Assembly: GCA_964607515.1 (NCBI GenBank)
Contig: CAZSKU010000003.1
Coordinates: forward strand, 7,154-71,153
Source: an uncultured bacterium
Lineage (GTDB): Bacteria > Fermentibacterota > Fermentibacteria > Fermentibacterales > JCC-6
Reading direction: 5' to 3'
Length of the DNA: 64,000 bases
Numbering within the stretch: the first letter of the stretch is position 1; each line of letters starts with the position of its first letter. A program made the position numbers and the translations under genes. Of this stretch, positions 37,990-46,475 are shown one piece after another. The notes below the pieces were generated by a model. The model was not told where the DNA came from. It made no database searches and saw only the letters and a list, made by a program, of their open reading frames with translations.

Positions 37990-38565
37990 TCACTCGTCCC
38001 CGGATACCACGGCGTATCCTTCCGGAACCGGCATGTCGAAGAGTCCTCCGGGAACCCGCATCCCGGTCTCCAGCCCGCTCAGGGCCCATTCGGTGGCGTT
38101 CCCGTTGACATCGGAGGTGGAGAAGAGAACCGGCAGGGAATCCGCGGCCGAGTAACGTACCCGGAGCATCGAGATGCCTCCGCCCAGGTCCCCCTGGACC
38201 GTCACCGTCACAAGACCGTCCAGGGTCTCCCCCCGGATGTCCATGCCCTCGTCCCCGGCACGGTGCAGGAGATGGAGAAAGCCTTCGGGACTGGAGTCCC
38301 CGTAGACCATGACTTCCCCGTAAAGGGGCTCCACCGTGTAGACCGCAGTGCCGTCGCAACCGGTTATCCTGCCAGGGGGGTCGGTGAAGTCCAGTCTGAA
38401 CAGGTTGGGGTGCGCCAGGGACATGACGCCCCGGCTGACCTCGGTTTCCAGGGTTAGGGCCCAGGTGTCGGTCTGCACGAAATTCCCGGTGAGGAACACC
38501 GAGTCTTCCAGTTTGGCCGTCAGCGGGTCCAGAAGACCCGCGGCTAGTATCAGCAGAAACATCAA
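37990..38565 (-). CDS. LolA-like periplasmic lipoprotein-carrier-fold protein
   Basis: ~190 aa, signal peptide, beta-rich. It occupies the position downstream of ftsK that lolA has in E. coli. Assigned by fold and length only. Confidence 0.45.
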   Translation of the reverse strand: MMFLLILAAGLLDPLTAKLEDSVFLTGNFVQTDTWALTLETEVSRGVMSLAHPNLFRLDFTDPPGRITGCDGTAVYTVEPLYGEVMVYGDSSPEGFLHLLHRAGDEGMDIRGETLDGLVTVTVQGDLGGGISMLRVRYSAADSLPVLFSTSDVNGNATEWALSGLETGMRVPGGLFDMPVPEGYAVVSGDE

Positions 38566-38577
38566 TGGCTTCCTCCG

Positions 38578-39204
38578 TCAGGGAAACGATTGTCCCAGCA
38601 TTGCGTCGGTTCCCACCACCACCATGACCCCTCCACCCTGGGGCGCCACAGCGTCTATAAGGCTCCCGCCTCCCTGATGTTCCACCGACTCGGGTCTTGA
38701 GAGCCACCGGCTCAGGGAATCCGACAACGCCTCCGCTTCGGCCTCCATTCCCTGGCGGTGGAGCACCACGGTCACCTCAGGCGCTTCAGGGTCCATCACC
38801 GTCTCCACGGAGCAGCCCATCCCGGTGAGCCGTCCGGAGATCCATTCCATGACCTCCCCGCCGGCGGACTGGCCCACCACCACCACCGAGAGCCCCCGGA
38901 GGATGCTGTCCGACCCGGAATCTGCAATCCCGCCGGTCTCCTCCCCCAGTTCGGCTTCGATTCTGCGCACCGCCAGCCGGGCGTCCTCCGCCAGGGACGA
39001 GCCAGGGTGCCTGTATACAACCCCGTTGAACTCCTCCCTGGACGCCGACAGGCTTCCCCTCCAGTAGAGCTGGCTTGCCCTGGCGAACTGGACCAGAGCC
39101 GACTCCCCCTCGGCCAGCCCGTTCCCGTCCAGATTCTCCCCCCCGCCGCCGCAGGAGGCGAAAAAAAGCGCCGGCAGAAGAACCGCAGCCTCTAGCAGCT
39201 TCAT
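38578..39204 (-). CDS. Hypothetical lipoprotein (208 aa); ATG overlaps the ftsK stop (ATGA)
   Basis: 'MKLLEAAVLLPALFFASCGGGG' lipobox. The rest of the 692-aa ORF upstream is antisense to ftsK and is rejected. Confidence 0.55.
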   Translation of the reverse strand: MKLLEAAVLLPALFFASCGGGGENLDGNGLAEGESALVQFARASQLYWRGSLSASREEFNGVVYRHPGSSLAEDARLAVRRIEAELGEETGGIADSGSDSILRGLSVVVVGQSAGGEVMEWISGRLTGMGCSVETVMDPEAPEVTVVLHRQGMEAEAEALSDSLSRWLSRPESVEHQGGGSLIDAVAPQGGGVMVVVGTDAMLGQSFP

Positions 39205-41417
39205 CACATCTCCATTTCGTCGTCGGGAGGCAGCACCCCGGATTCCGGCTTCTGCAACACCTCCCGGGCCTTGCTTCCGCAATAGGGTCCCACCACGCCC
39301 ACCTGCTCCAGCATCTCCAGGAGTCTGGCGGCCCTGGTGTAACCCACCTTCAGCCTGCGCTGCAGCAACGAGGCGGACCCCCTCTGGTACATCACCACCA
39401 CCCTGCGGGCCTCGTCCAGCAGAGGATCGTCGAGGCTTATGTCGCCGAGGGCGTCCGGCCCCTCCTGCTCGTCGTCGGAAGGTTCGTAGTCGTAGGGCAT
39501 GTGGGGCTGTCCCTTCCAGAAGGTCACCAGCTCCTTGATCTCCCGGGAGGATACGAAGGAGCCGTGAACCCTCACGGGGTCCGGCGCCCCGGCGGGCATG
39601 AAGAGCATGTCCCCCTGGCCCAGGAGCTTCTCGGCGCCGTTCATATCCAGGATGGTTCTTGAGTCGGTCTTGGATTTGACGTTGAAGGCTATCCGGGAGG
39701 GGAAGTTTGCCTTGATCATGCCTGTTATGACGTCCACCGAGGGCCGCTGGGTGGCCACCACCAGGTGTATGCCCACCGCCCGGGCCTTCTGGGCCAGCCG
39801 GGCTATGGGCTGTTCGATGTCGTTCCCCAGAACCATCCTGAGATCGGCCAGCTCGTCGATCACCGTCACTATGGATGGCATGGTATCGGGGGTTTCCGGT
39901 GAATCGGAATCGGCTCTGCCTGATTTTTCCGCCTGGGCGGCGCTCCGGATGTTGCCGTTGTACTCGTCTATGGAACGGACTCCCTGCCGGGTGAGAAGGG
40001 CGTACCTGTCCTCCATCTCCCTGACCAGCCTGTCCAGCAGGGCCCTGGCCCGCTGGGGGTTGAGCACCACCGGAGACCAGAGGTGCGGAATCCCCTCGTA
40101 AATGGAAAGCTCCAGCATCTTGGGGTCTATCAGGGCCATCCTCACCTGGTTCGGGGTTCTCGTCATGAGGATGGAGGTGAGAATCGAGTGGATGCAAATG
40201 CTCTTGCCGCTTCCGGTGGCTCCGGCGATAAGCAGGTGGGGCATGTCGGCGATGTCCACCACCAATGGTCTTCCCTCGGCGTTCTTGCCCAGGGCAACTG
40301 GAATCCTCTCGTTCTCCACGGAAGTGAGAACCTCCCGGAGGTAGACCATCTCGGGATTCTTGTTGGGCACCTCGATGCCCACGGTACCCTTGCCGGGTAT
40401 GGGCGCCAGTATCCTTATCCTCTTGGCTGCCAGGGCCAGGGCGAGGTCGTCGGCCATGTTCACGATCCGGTTCACCTTCACCCCGAGCCCGGGAGTGAGT
40501 TCGTACCGGGTGAGAACCGGTCCCGCGCAGACGGTGTTCTCCAGGCGGCACTCGATACCGAAATCGGCCAGCTTCTCCACCAGCACCGCGCCCCGCTCCT
40601 GGATCTCCCTGGCGGACTGCCTGGTGCGTTCCCCAGGCGCGGGCATCTTCAGGCACCTGACGTCCGGAAGGGTGTAGGCGGATTCGTCTCTTTCACCGGT
40701 GTCCGCCGGAATCCGAAGCCTTGGCTTGGAGACCGTTCCGGAGGGCGACCCGGTGCTCCGCTGCTCCACCGCGGGAACCGGCGAGTCGTGGAACACCACC
40801 TTCACAGGGGACGGTTCCGGGAGCGTTTCCACCGGCGCGCCCCGGACCCACGGGCTGGAAGAAGGCTCCGGGGGCAGCCCGGCCACGACCTGGGGCACCG
40901 CTCTTGGCTTGGGCCTGCGGGATCCGAACCTGCGGAACAGCCCCTCCAGACTGCCGCCGATGTCCCACCCGGTGAGGGTCGTGAGGGACGCGGTGAAAAG
41001 GAGGAACATGGCCAGCCACGTGAGCACCCCTCCGATCAACTCCTCCAGGATGGCCACCAGCCTCATGGCCAGCCGGCCGCCAGGAAACAGCGCCGACTCC
41101 GGAAGTACTCTGGCCAGGATCACCGTGGCGGCGGCCGCCAGGAAGAACGCCGTGAGGAAGATTCCGAACAGGGTCTTCAGCCAGGGCCGGGCAAAGCCGA
41201 AACCCATGGAAAGACACCCGGCCAGGAGAACCCCTGCGGGAATGAAAAAGGCCAGCAGACCCGCGGCTTCCCTGAGCAGCAGTCCGGTCTGGGCCAGTAT
41301 ATCGGACCTTTCCGGTGGAAGAATCAGGGCCGAGACCAGGGCCGCGAACAGGAAGAGGGACAGAAAGAACAGGACGGCCCTGACGGGGCGGGGTCTGCGG
41401 GGAGCTTTCCTTTTCAT
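39204..41417 (-). CDS. ftsK: DNA translocase FtsK/SpoIIIE
   Basis: N-terminal TM segments, Pro/Ser-rich linker, motor domain with Walker A 'AGATGSGKSICI', C-terminal gamma winged helix. Confidence 0.9.
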   Translation of the reverse strand: MKRKAPRRPRPVRAVLFFLSLFLFAALVSALILPPERSDILAQTGLLLREAAGLLAFFIPAGVLLAGCLSMGFGFARPWLKTLFGIFLTAFFLAAAATVILARVLPESALFPGGRLAMRLVAILEELIGGVLTWLAMFLLFTASLTTLTGWDIGGSLEGLFRRFGSRRPKPRAVPQVVAGLPPEPSSSPWVRGAPVETLPEPSPVKVVFHDSPVPAVEQRSTGSPSGTVSKPRLRIPADTGERDESAYTLPDVRCLKMPAPGERTRQSAREIQERGAVLVEKLADFGIECRLENTVCAGPVLTRYELTPGLGVKVNRIVNMADDLALALAAKRIRILAPIPGKGTVGIEVPNKNPEMVYLREVLTSVENERIPVALGKNAEGRPLVVDIADMPHLLIAGATGSGKSICIHSILTSILMTRTPNQVRMALIDPKMLELSIYEGIPHLWSPVVLNPQRARALLDRLVREMEDRYALLTRQGVRSIDEYNGNIRSAAQAEKSGRADSDSPETPDTMPSIVTVIDELADLRMVLGNDIEQPIARLAQKARAVGIHLVVATQRPSVDVITGMIKANFPSRIAFNVKSKTDSRTILDMNGAEKLLGQGDMLFMPAGAPDPVRVHGSFVSSREIKELVTFWKGQPHMPYDYEPSDDEQEGPDALGDISLDDPLLDEARRVVVMYQRGSASLLQRRLKVGYTRAARLLEMLEQVGVVGPYCGSKAREVLQKPESGVLPPDDEMEM

Positions 41418-41947
41418 ACCCGCCTCGCCGAGGTTCCGCCGGAAACCCTCGGCGGATAGAGAGTATCGGGCCTCAGAACGCCGTCAACGTTGTAGGAGTA
41501 ACTGATGGTCCGCCCGGCGTGCAGGGAAATCTCCGCGACCCAGCTTCCGTCAGGCAGCTTCTGCATGGGATTCGCTGCCGGGTCCCAGCCGTTCCAGTCG
41601 CCCACCACGGAAACCGCCGCGGCTCCGGGGCAGCCCAGGCAGAGGAATTCCACCCTTACCCTCTCTGAAAGGCCCAGGTGCACGGCTTCCTTGAGACCAT
41701 CGTAGGGCTTGAAGACCGGCTTCACCCGGGGAGGAATCTCCATGACGCCCCCCCTGCCGGGGTCCCTGGCCCTCCTCTGCTTTCCCTTTCGCGCGAAAAA
41801 ACAGCCGAAACCCCTGAGAAAAACGCTCTCCCCGGAACTGAGGGTCTCGGTGATGATGTCCAGCAGCACCACCGTCAGGGACTGGACCTCGCGTACCGTG
41901 AGCCCGGTCCTTCTGGCGGCCTCCCTGGCGAGCTCCTCCCTGGTCAA
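41414..41947 (-). CDS. HU/IHF-family DNA-binding protein fused to a C-terminal CBM48/AMPK-beta-like (E-set) glycogen-binding-type domain
   Basis: N-terminal 'ELAREAARRTGLTVREVQSLTVVLLDIITETL...GFGCFFARKGKQRRARDPGRG' is the HU fold with its beta-arm. C-terminal 'VEFLCLGCPGAAAVSVVGDWNGWDPAANPMQKLPDGSWVAEISLHAGRTISYSYNVDG' is a CBM48-like signature. ATGA overlap with ftsK. Confidence 0.65.
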   Translation of the reverse strand: MTREELAREAARRTGLTVREVQSLTVVLLDIITETLSSGESVFLRGFGCFFARKGKQRRARDPGRGGVMEIPPRVKPVFKPYDGLKEAVHLGLSERVRVEFLCLGCPGAAAVSVVGDWNGWDPAANPMQKLPDGSWVAEISLHAGRTISYSYNVDGVLRPDTLYPPRVSGGTSARRV

Positions 41948-42045
41948 GGCGCACCTCCCCTGGCAAATGGGTATCTTCTCATGTCATGATGGATTGAATA
42001 TAGTCATAATCCGCCCGGGAAGCCCCGGGCCTCTGCCGTCAGGAG

Positions 42046-42561
42046 GTGCGTGTGCAGTCCCTTTGGGTGATCGCGGGGCCCCCGTTCTCCGGGAAGACCA
42101 CGATAGGCTCGCTTCTGGGGGAAATTCTCGGCTGCCCGTTCGTGGACCTGGACCAGATGGTGGCCTCTCGGGCGGGGGCTTCCGTGGAGGAGGTCTTCAG
42201 GCTTCAGGGCCCGGAGGCGTTCCGAAGCATGGAAACACTGTGCCTTCTTGAAATCCTCGAGATGACCGGACCCGCGGTGGCCGCTCTGGGAGGCGGGACG
42301 CTGCTTTCCCCGGAAAACCTGCATGCCGTCATGAAGAGGGCCGTTATCTTCACCCTGGTCCCGGGAGAGGCGGAACTGGAAACCAGGATCGCCCCGGGCC
42401 GCCCACTCTCCCGGGACCGAAGGGAGTTGAGGGATCTCCTCGAAAACAGGCGGGAGCACTACCTGTCCCTGCCGAACCGGGTGGACATCCGCGGGCTTTC
42501 CCCTGCCGAAGCCGCCCGGCTCATCGCCGCCAGGATCGGTCCTACTCGGATGACTCGGTGA
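42046..42561 (+). CDS. aroK: Shikimate kinase
   Basis: P-loop 'GPPFSGKTTIGSLL', 'FVDLDQ', LID region. Confidence 0.8.
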   Translation: MRVQSLWVIAGPPFSGKTTIGSLLGEILGCPFVDLDQMVASRAGASVEEVFRLQGPEAFRSMETLCLLEILEMTGPAVAALGGGTLLSPENLHAVMKRAVIFTLVPGEAELETRIAPGRPLSRDRRELRDLLENRREHYLSLPNRVDIRGLSPAEAARLIAARIGPTRMTR

Positions 42562-43531
42562 GTCCCGCCCGGGCGATGGTTTCCCGGGCGTGGGCCAGCC
42601 CCACGTAAAAACGGTCGGTGTAGAGGGTGTATTCATCCCGAAGCCCGGGCGGGGTCATGTTCACCGTGATCACGTTGGCCCCGGCGTGGAAACACCGGAG
42701 CTGTCCGTCGGGAAGCAGTTTCTGGAAGGTGCTCGTGGCGGGAATCAGTGTGTTCCCCAGGTAGAGCCTCATGGCGGCCACGAATCTCAGCCCCAGTTCC
42801 GGGTCTCCGGAAGGCTGGTGTTCCAGCGGCGTGCCCGCCGCGGGCATGAAGATGGAGACGCTGGACATCTCCACGGCCAGATCCTTCATCAGCAGAAGAT
42901 CCCCCACCAGGCTTTCAAGGGTCTGGCCGGGAAGGCCGAGAAGCGTGCCGGACCCCACGCTGAACCCCCGTTCCCGGAGGGTCCTGAGCATGGCTATCCT
43001 GTCCCGGAGGGAGAAACCGGGCTTCATCCTGGAGAAGAGCTCCGGGTCCGACGTCTCGTGCTTCAGTATGAATTTGCCCGCTCCGGCCCGTCGCCATGCA
43101 TCCAGTTCCTCCACCCCGTGGAATCCCACGCAGAGTATGACCTCCATGCCCATGGCGGATATCCCGGAGATCACCCCGGTGAGCCATCCCGCCTCGTAGG
43201 TCTCGCTTTCCGCCGCCTGCAGGAAGAAGGTCCCGATTCCGTTCCTCCGGGCTGTTGCCGCGGTGTCCAATATCTCCTCTGCGCTGAGTTCGTAACCTTC
43301 AGCGCCCCTGTTTCCCAGACGCATTCCGCAGTACAGACAGCTGCACCGGCACCGGTTCGAGAACTCGATAACCGCCCTGAGGTAGGCTTTCCGACCGAAG
43401 TGAGTCTCTCTTACCCTTGCCGCTTCCCGGCAGATCACCCCGAAATCCTCTTCGCCTGCTTCCAGAAGCGCCCGCAGATCATCCGGAGCAAAACCCTTCC
43501 GGACCCTGTCCCTAACCCAGCGCTCATCCAC
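42542..43531 (-). CDS. Radical SAM enzyme of the BioB/HydE/PylB-like family
   Basis: CX3CX2C 'CRCSCLYCGMR' at ~residue 60, 329 aa, TIM-barrel-type rSAM core. Exact subfamily not assignable by eye. Confidence 0.7.
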   Translation of the reverse strand: MDERWVRDRVRKGFAPDDLRALLEAGEEDFGVICREAARVRETHFGRKAYLRAVIEFSNRCRCSCLYCGMRLGNRGAEGYELSAEEILDTAATARRNGIGTFFLQAAESETYEAGWLTGVISGISAMGMEVILCVGFHGVEELDAWRRAGAGKFILKHETSDPELFSRMKPGFSLRDRIAMLRTLRERGFSVGSGTLLGLPGQTLESLVGDLLLMKDLAVEMSSVSIFMPAAGTPLEHQPSGDPELGLRFVAAMRLYLGNTLIPATSTFQKLLPDGQLRCFHAGANVITVNMTPPGLRDEYTLYTDRFYVGLAHARETIARAGLTESSE

Positions 43532-44282
43532 CCATCAACCTCCTGACATGTTCCAGAGCGGAGTGGTACGCCTCCGGGGGCAGCTCAACTCCGGTCCAGT
43601 ATGAAAACGAAAGGATCGCCTGTCTTACCAGCATGCCTTCCCCGGTGACCACCCTCACACCCCCTTCCCGCAGGCCGTTCCTCCATCTCCAGCGGGGGTT
43701 GTAGTTAAGGTCCATGAAAGTCCAGCCCCTGCCCGGCATGAGGGGAAAGGGGTCATCATCGTTCCAGCCCAGGGGGGTGGCGTTCACCAGGGTGCCCGGC
43801 GGCCCCTCCATGTCCGTCCGAGCCTGGTCCAGGGGATGCTGCGACGGGTCCCGGGGGTTCCTGCAGTAAACCGTGAAATCCCTTCCGGAAAGCGCCGCCG
43901 CGACTGCCGACGAGGCCCCTCCGGCACCCACCACCAGGAAGGGTTCCCGGAGCCGGGCCGCCTCCCGGGAAAAGGCTTCCAGATCCGTATTGTGCCCGGC
44001 CAGAATCCCGCCCGAAGCCCTGACGGCGTTCACGGCCCGGGTTCCAAGGGCTTCCGGCGACCTTTCGTCGCAAAGGTCGAAAACCCTTCTCTTGAATGGA
44101 ACAGTCACGTTCATGCCCGCGTATTCTCCCCCCCTGAGGGCTTCCAGCACCGACTTCAGCCGCCGGGGACGGGTGGGGAGAAGCACGTACTCGCCTGACA
44201 GCCCGGACTCTTTCAGGAAGAGCAGGTGTATCTCCGGAGACAGGGAGTGGGCCACGGGGAAGCCCACCAGCCCGAACCTCAC
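43524..44282 (-). CDS. aroE: Shikimate dehydrogenase (GTG start inferred)
   Basis: 'FGLVGFPVAHSLSPEIH', 'NVTVPFK', NADP Rossmann 'LVVGAGGASSAVAAAL'. GGAGG lies 5 nt before the GTG. The long N-terminal ORF extension is rejected. Confidence 0.8.
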   Translation of the reverse strand: MRFGLVGFPVAHSLSPEIHLLFLKESGLSGEYVLLPTRPRRLKSVLEALRGGEYAGMNVTVPFKRRVFDLCDERSPEALGTRAVNAVRASGGILAGHNTDLEAFSREAARLREPFLVVGAGGASSAVAAALSGRDFTVYCRNPRDPSQHPLDQARTDMEGPPGTLVNATPLGWNDDDPFPLMPGRGWTFMDLNYNPRWRWRNGLREGGVRVVTGEGMLVRQAILSFSYWTGVELPPEAYHSALEHVRRLMGG

Positions 44283-45502
44283 CGGTGCCTCCTTCTTCGC
44301 AGCGCCGCGAGCATTCTGTGGACGGCCGCAGAAACACCCCTGGGGGCCATGAACACCGGTTCCATCAGGTCCGTCCCCCGGGGGAGGTCCATGGCCATTG
44401 GGCTTCCCGGGTATATCCGGATGGTCCCGATGTTCACGAAGGTTCTGCGGAAGCCCAACAGAAGCCTTGCGGCGACCATGAAGGCGAGTTTCAGAACCAG
44501 CGCCGGGAATCCCTCTCCGGGATTGCCGTTGAAGAAGTTGACCCCCACCGTGAGCCCGGCTCTGCGGGCGTCCCTGACCACCGTGAAGAGCGGTCTTCCT
44601 CCGGACGGCTTTCCGAGAAGCCGCATACCCTTCCGGGTGACGGCGTCCGGCGAGAAATCCACCCAGGAACACCCGTTCGCCCTGAGCAGACGCAGAAAAT
44701 CACGGTTCACGGATTCCGAAAGCCAGGCTCCCCACTCAATAGAGATCCCGGACGCACCCAGGGCCCTGACCAGATCCTCGGCGTAATCCCTGGGATGGTC
44801 GAACACCGAGTCCACGAACATGAAGGAACGGGCCCCAAGCTCTTCAAGCCTTCGTGCGTCCTCCACCACCTCCTCCACGGGACGGGTTCTGAAGGATCGG
44901 CCGCCTATCCGGCCGTAGGTGCAGTAGCGACATCCGAAGGGGCAACCCCGGCGGCTCTGTACCCCTACTGATCCCCTGTCAGGGTAGTCCGACAGGGGGA
45001 AAACCGTGTAGTCAGGGTTCAGAAGGGTTCCCGCATCCGTCATGGGCGGCGTCAGAAGCCTCTCCGCCGGCGCGGTGCCGGCTTCGATGCTCTCCAGCAG
45101 CTCCGGGAACACCTCCTCTCCCTCTCCGGAGATGCCGAACCGTATGCCGGGCCACCGGTGCAGAATGGTTTCGGCGTATATCGAAAAGCCCGGACCGCCA
45201 ACCACCAGGGTCCCCCGGAAGTCCCGCAGCGCGTCCATGACCATTCCGAAGGCATCCATATAGGACCAGGTGACCGGCCAGCTGCTGTCGTCGATATTTC
45301 TCAGGGACACCGCTGCCACATCGGGTTCCGTCTCCCTCACCGCCAGCAGGAGCGCCGGAACGGGGTTGACGTGGAGACTAAGGTCCACCCCCGAAACCCT
45401 GTGTCCACGGGCCTTGAGGTGGGCCGAGAGAAAAGCCGGCCCCAGGGGATAGATCGGCGCTTCCCGGCGTCCCGTGGGTGACTGGATCAGAAGAACCTTC
45501 AT
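44279..45502 (-). CDS. B12-binding-domain radical SAM protein (class B rSAM)
   Basis: N-terminal B12-binding-like domain ('MKVLLIQSP...'), rSAM 'CPFGCRYCTYG'. Confidence 0.75.
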   Translation of the reverse strand: MKVLLIQSPTGRREAPIYPLGPAFLSAHLKARGHRVSGVDLSLHVNPVPALLLAVRETEPDVAAVSLRNIDDSSWPVTWSYMDAFGMVMDALRDFRGTLVVGGPGFSIYAETILHRWPGIRFGISGEGEEVFPELLESIEAGTAPAERLLTPPMTDAGTLLNPDYTVFPLSDYPDRGSVGVQSRRGCPFGCRYCTYGRIGGRSFRTRPVEEVVEDARRLEELGARSFMFVDSVFDHPRDYAEDLVRALGASGISIEWGAWLSESVNRDFLRLLRANGCSWVDFSPDAVTRKGMRLLGKPSGGRPLFTVVRDARRAGLTVGVNFFNGNPGEGFPALVLKLAFMVAARLLLGFRRTFVNIGTIRIYPGSPMAMDLPRGTDLMEPVFMAPRGVSAAVHRMLAALRRRRHR

Positions 45503-45551
45503 GGAACCGCCCTTTCAGGGGGGATTTGACCGGACGTGCCGAAAAACTATA

Positions 45552-46475
45552 ATGAAAACCATGGAAAGCGGCCTGTACCTCATCCTTCTCCTGGCGGCGC
45601 CACCCCCCACCGGAGGCAGGCACCCGGCTCTCGACAGCCTGGCGGCCTCCATACTGGCCATGGACAGCATCCCCACGGGAACGGACCTTCTCAGAATGGC
45701 CGCCCTGAAAGGATGGGTCTGGCCTCTCGGGGAGGTGTCCCTGCTGCGGGAACCGCAGGAACCGGAGCCAGACTCCCCCTTCTGGGGCAGCGGCGAGTCC
45801 GCGGACGGCTTCTGCCTGGTCACGGCTCCGGCGCCGTCCTTCCGCCTGGACCCCCTGCCCCCGGCATCGGTGGATCCCGGAGAATTCGTGGAGCTTTCCC
45901 CCAGGGGTCAGCCCCGGGACATGAGGGGGGCGGTGCTCTCCCCCTGTCTGGATGTGATCCCATTGAAGGAACCGGGGTTCCGGGCTTTCCGGGAGGGGAC
46001 CTGGTGGGTGGAGTTCATGGCCGATACCCCCTACGGTCCGCAGGTGCTCATGCTCACCCCGGTCACCGCCGGCGAACCCGGCGGATGGCCGGGCAACGGC
46101 TGGGGTCGTGACAGGATCATCGAGGGAATCAACGGGCTTCGCAGGAAGCTCGGAATCGGGGAACTTCGGGAAAACCCGGTGCTCAACGTACTATGCGGCA
46201 TCAGGGCAAGGCAGGCCGGCAGTTGGGGAGGGGCCTTTCACTCCTTTCCAGGAAGCCCCGGGACGGGGGCCATGATGCCGCCCGCTTTCGGCGCCTGGGC
46301 CGAGAACATCGCCACCGGTTCCACCGTGGAAGAGGCCCTGGAGATGATCCTGGTCAGCCCCTTCCACCTGGCCTCATGCCTTCAGGAAAGGTATCGCTTC
46401 ATGGGGACCGGAACTGTCTCCGGCGGCCGGGGAGCGACCCTTGTTATCATCCTGTCGGAGGCTGCCGATGAGTGA
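45552..46475 (+). CDS. Hypothetical secreted protein
   Basis: Signal-like 'MKTMESGLYLILLLAAP'. No recognisable domain. Start uncertain (45552 or 45561). Confidence 0.4.
   Translation: MKTMESGLYLILLLAAPPPTGGRHPALDSLAASILAMDSIPTGTDLLRMAALKGWVWPLGEVSLLREPQEPEPDSPFWGSGESADGFCLVTAPAPSFRLDPLPPASVDPGEFVELSPRGQPRDMRGAVLSPCLDVIPLKEPGFRAFREGTWWVEFMADTPYGPQVLMLTPVTAGEPGGWPGNGWGRDRIIEGINGLRRKLGIGELRENPVLNVLCGIRARQAGSWGGAFHSFPGSPGTGAMMPPAFGAWAENIATGSTVEEALEMILVSPFHLASCLQERYRFMGTGTVSGGRGATLVIILSEAADE

Noticed and set aside
38578-40656. 692-aa minus-strand ORF spanning the ftsK region
   Set aside because: Only the last 208 codons (38578-39204, a lipoprotein with a proper lipobox) are credible. The upstream part is a second frame of the ftsK coding sequence with an Arg/Gly/Pro-rich nonsense composition.
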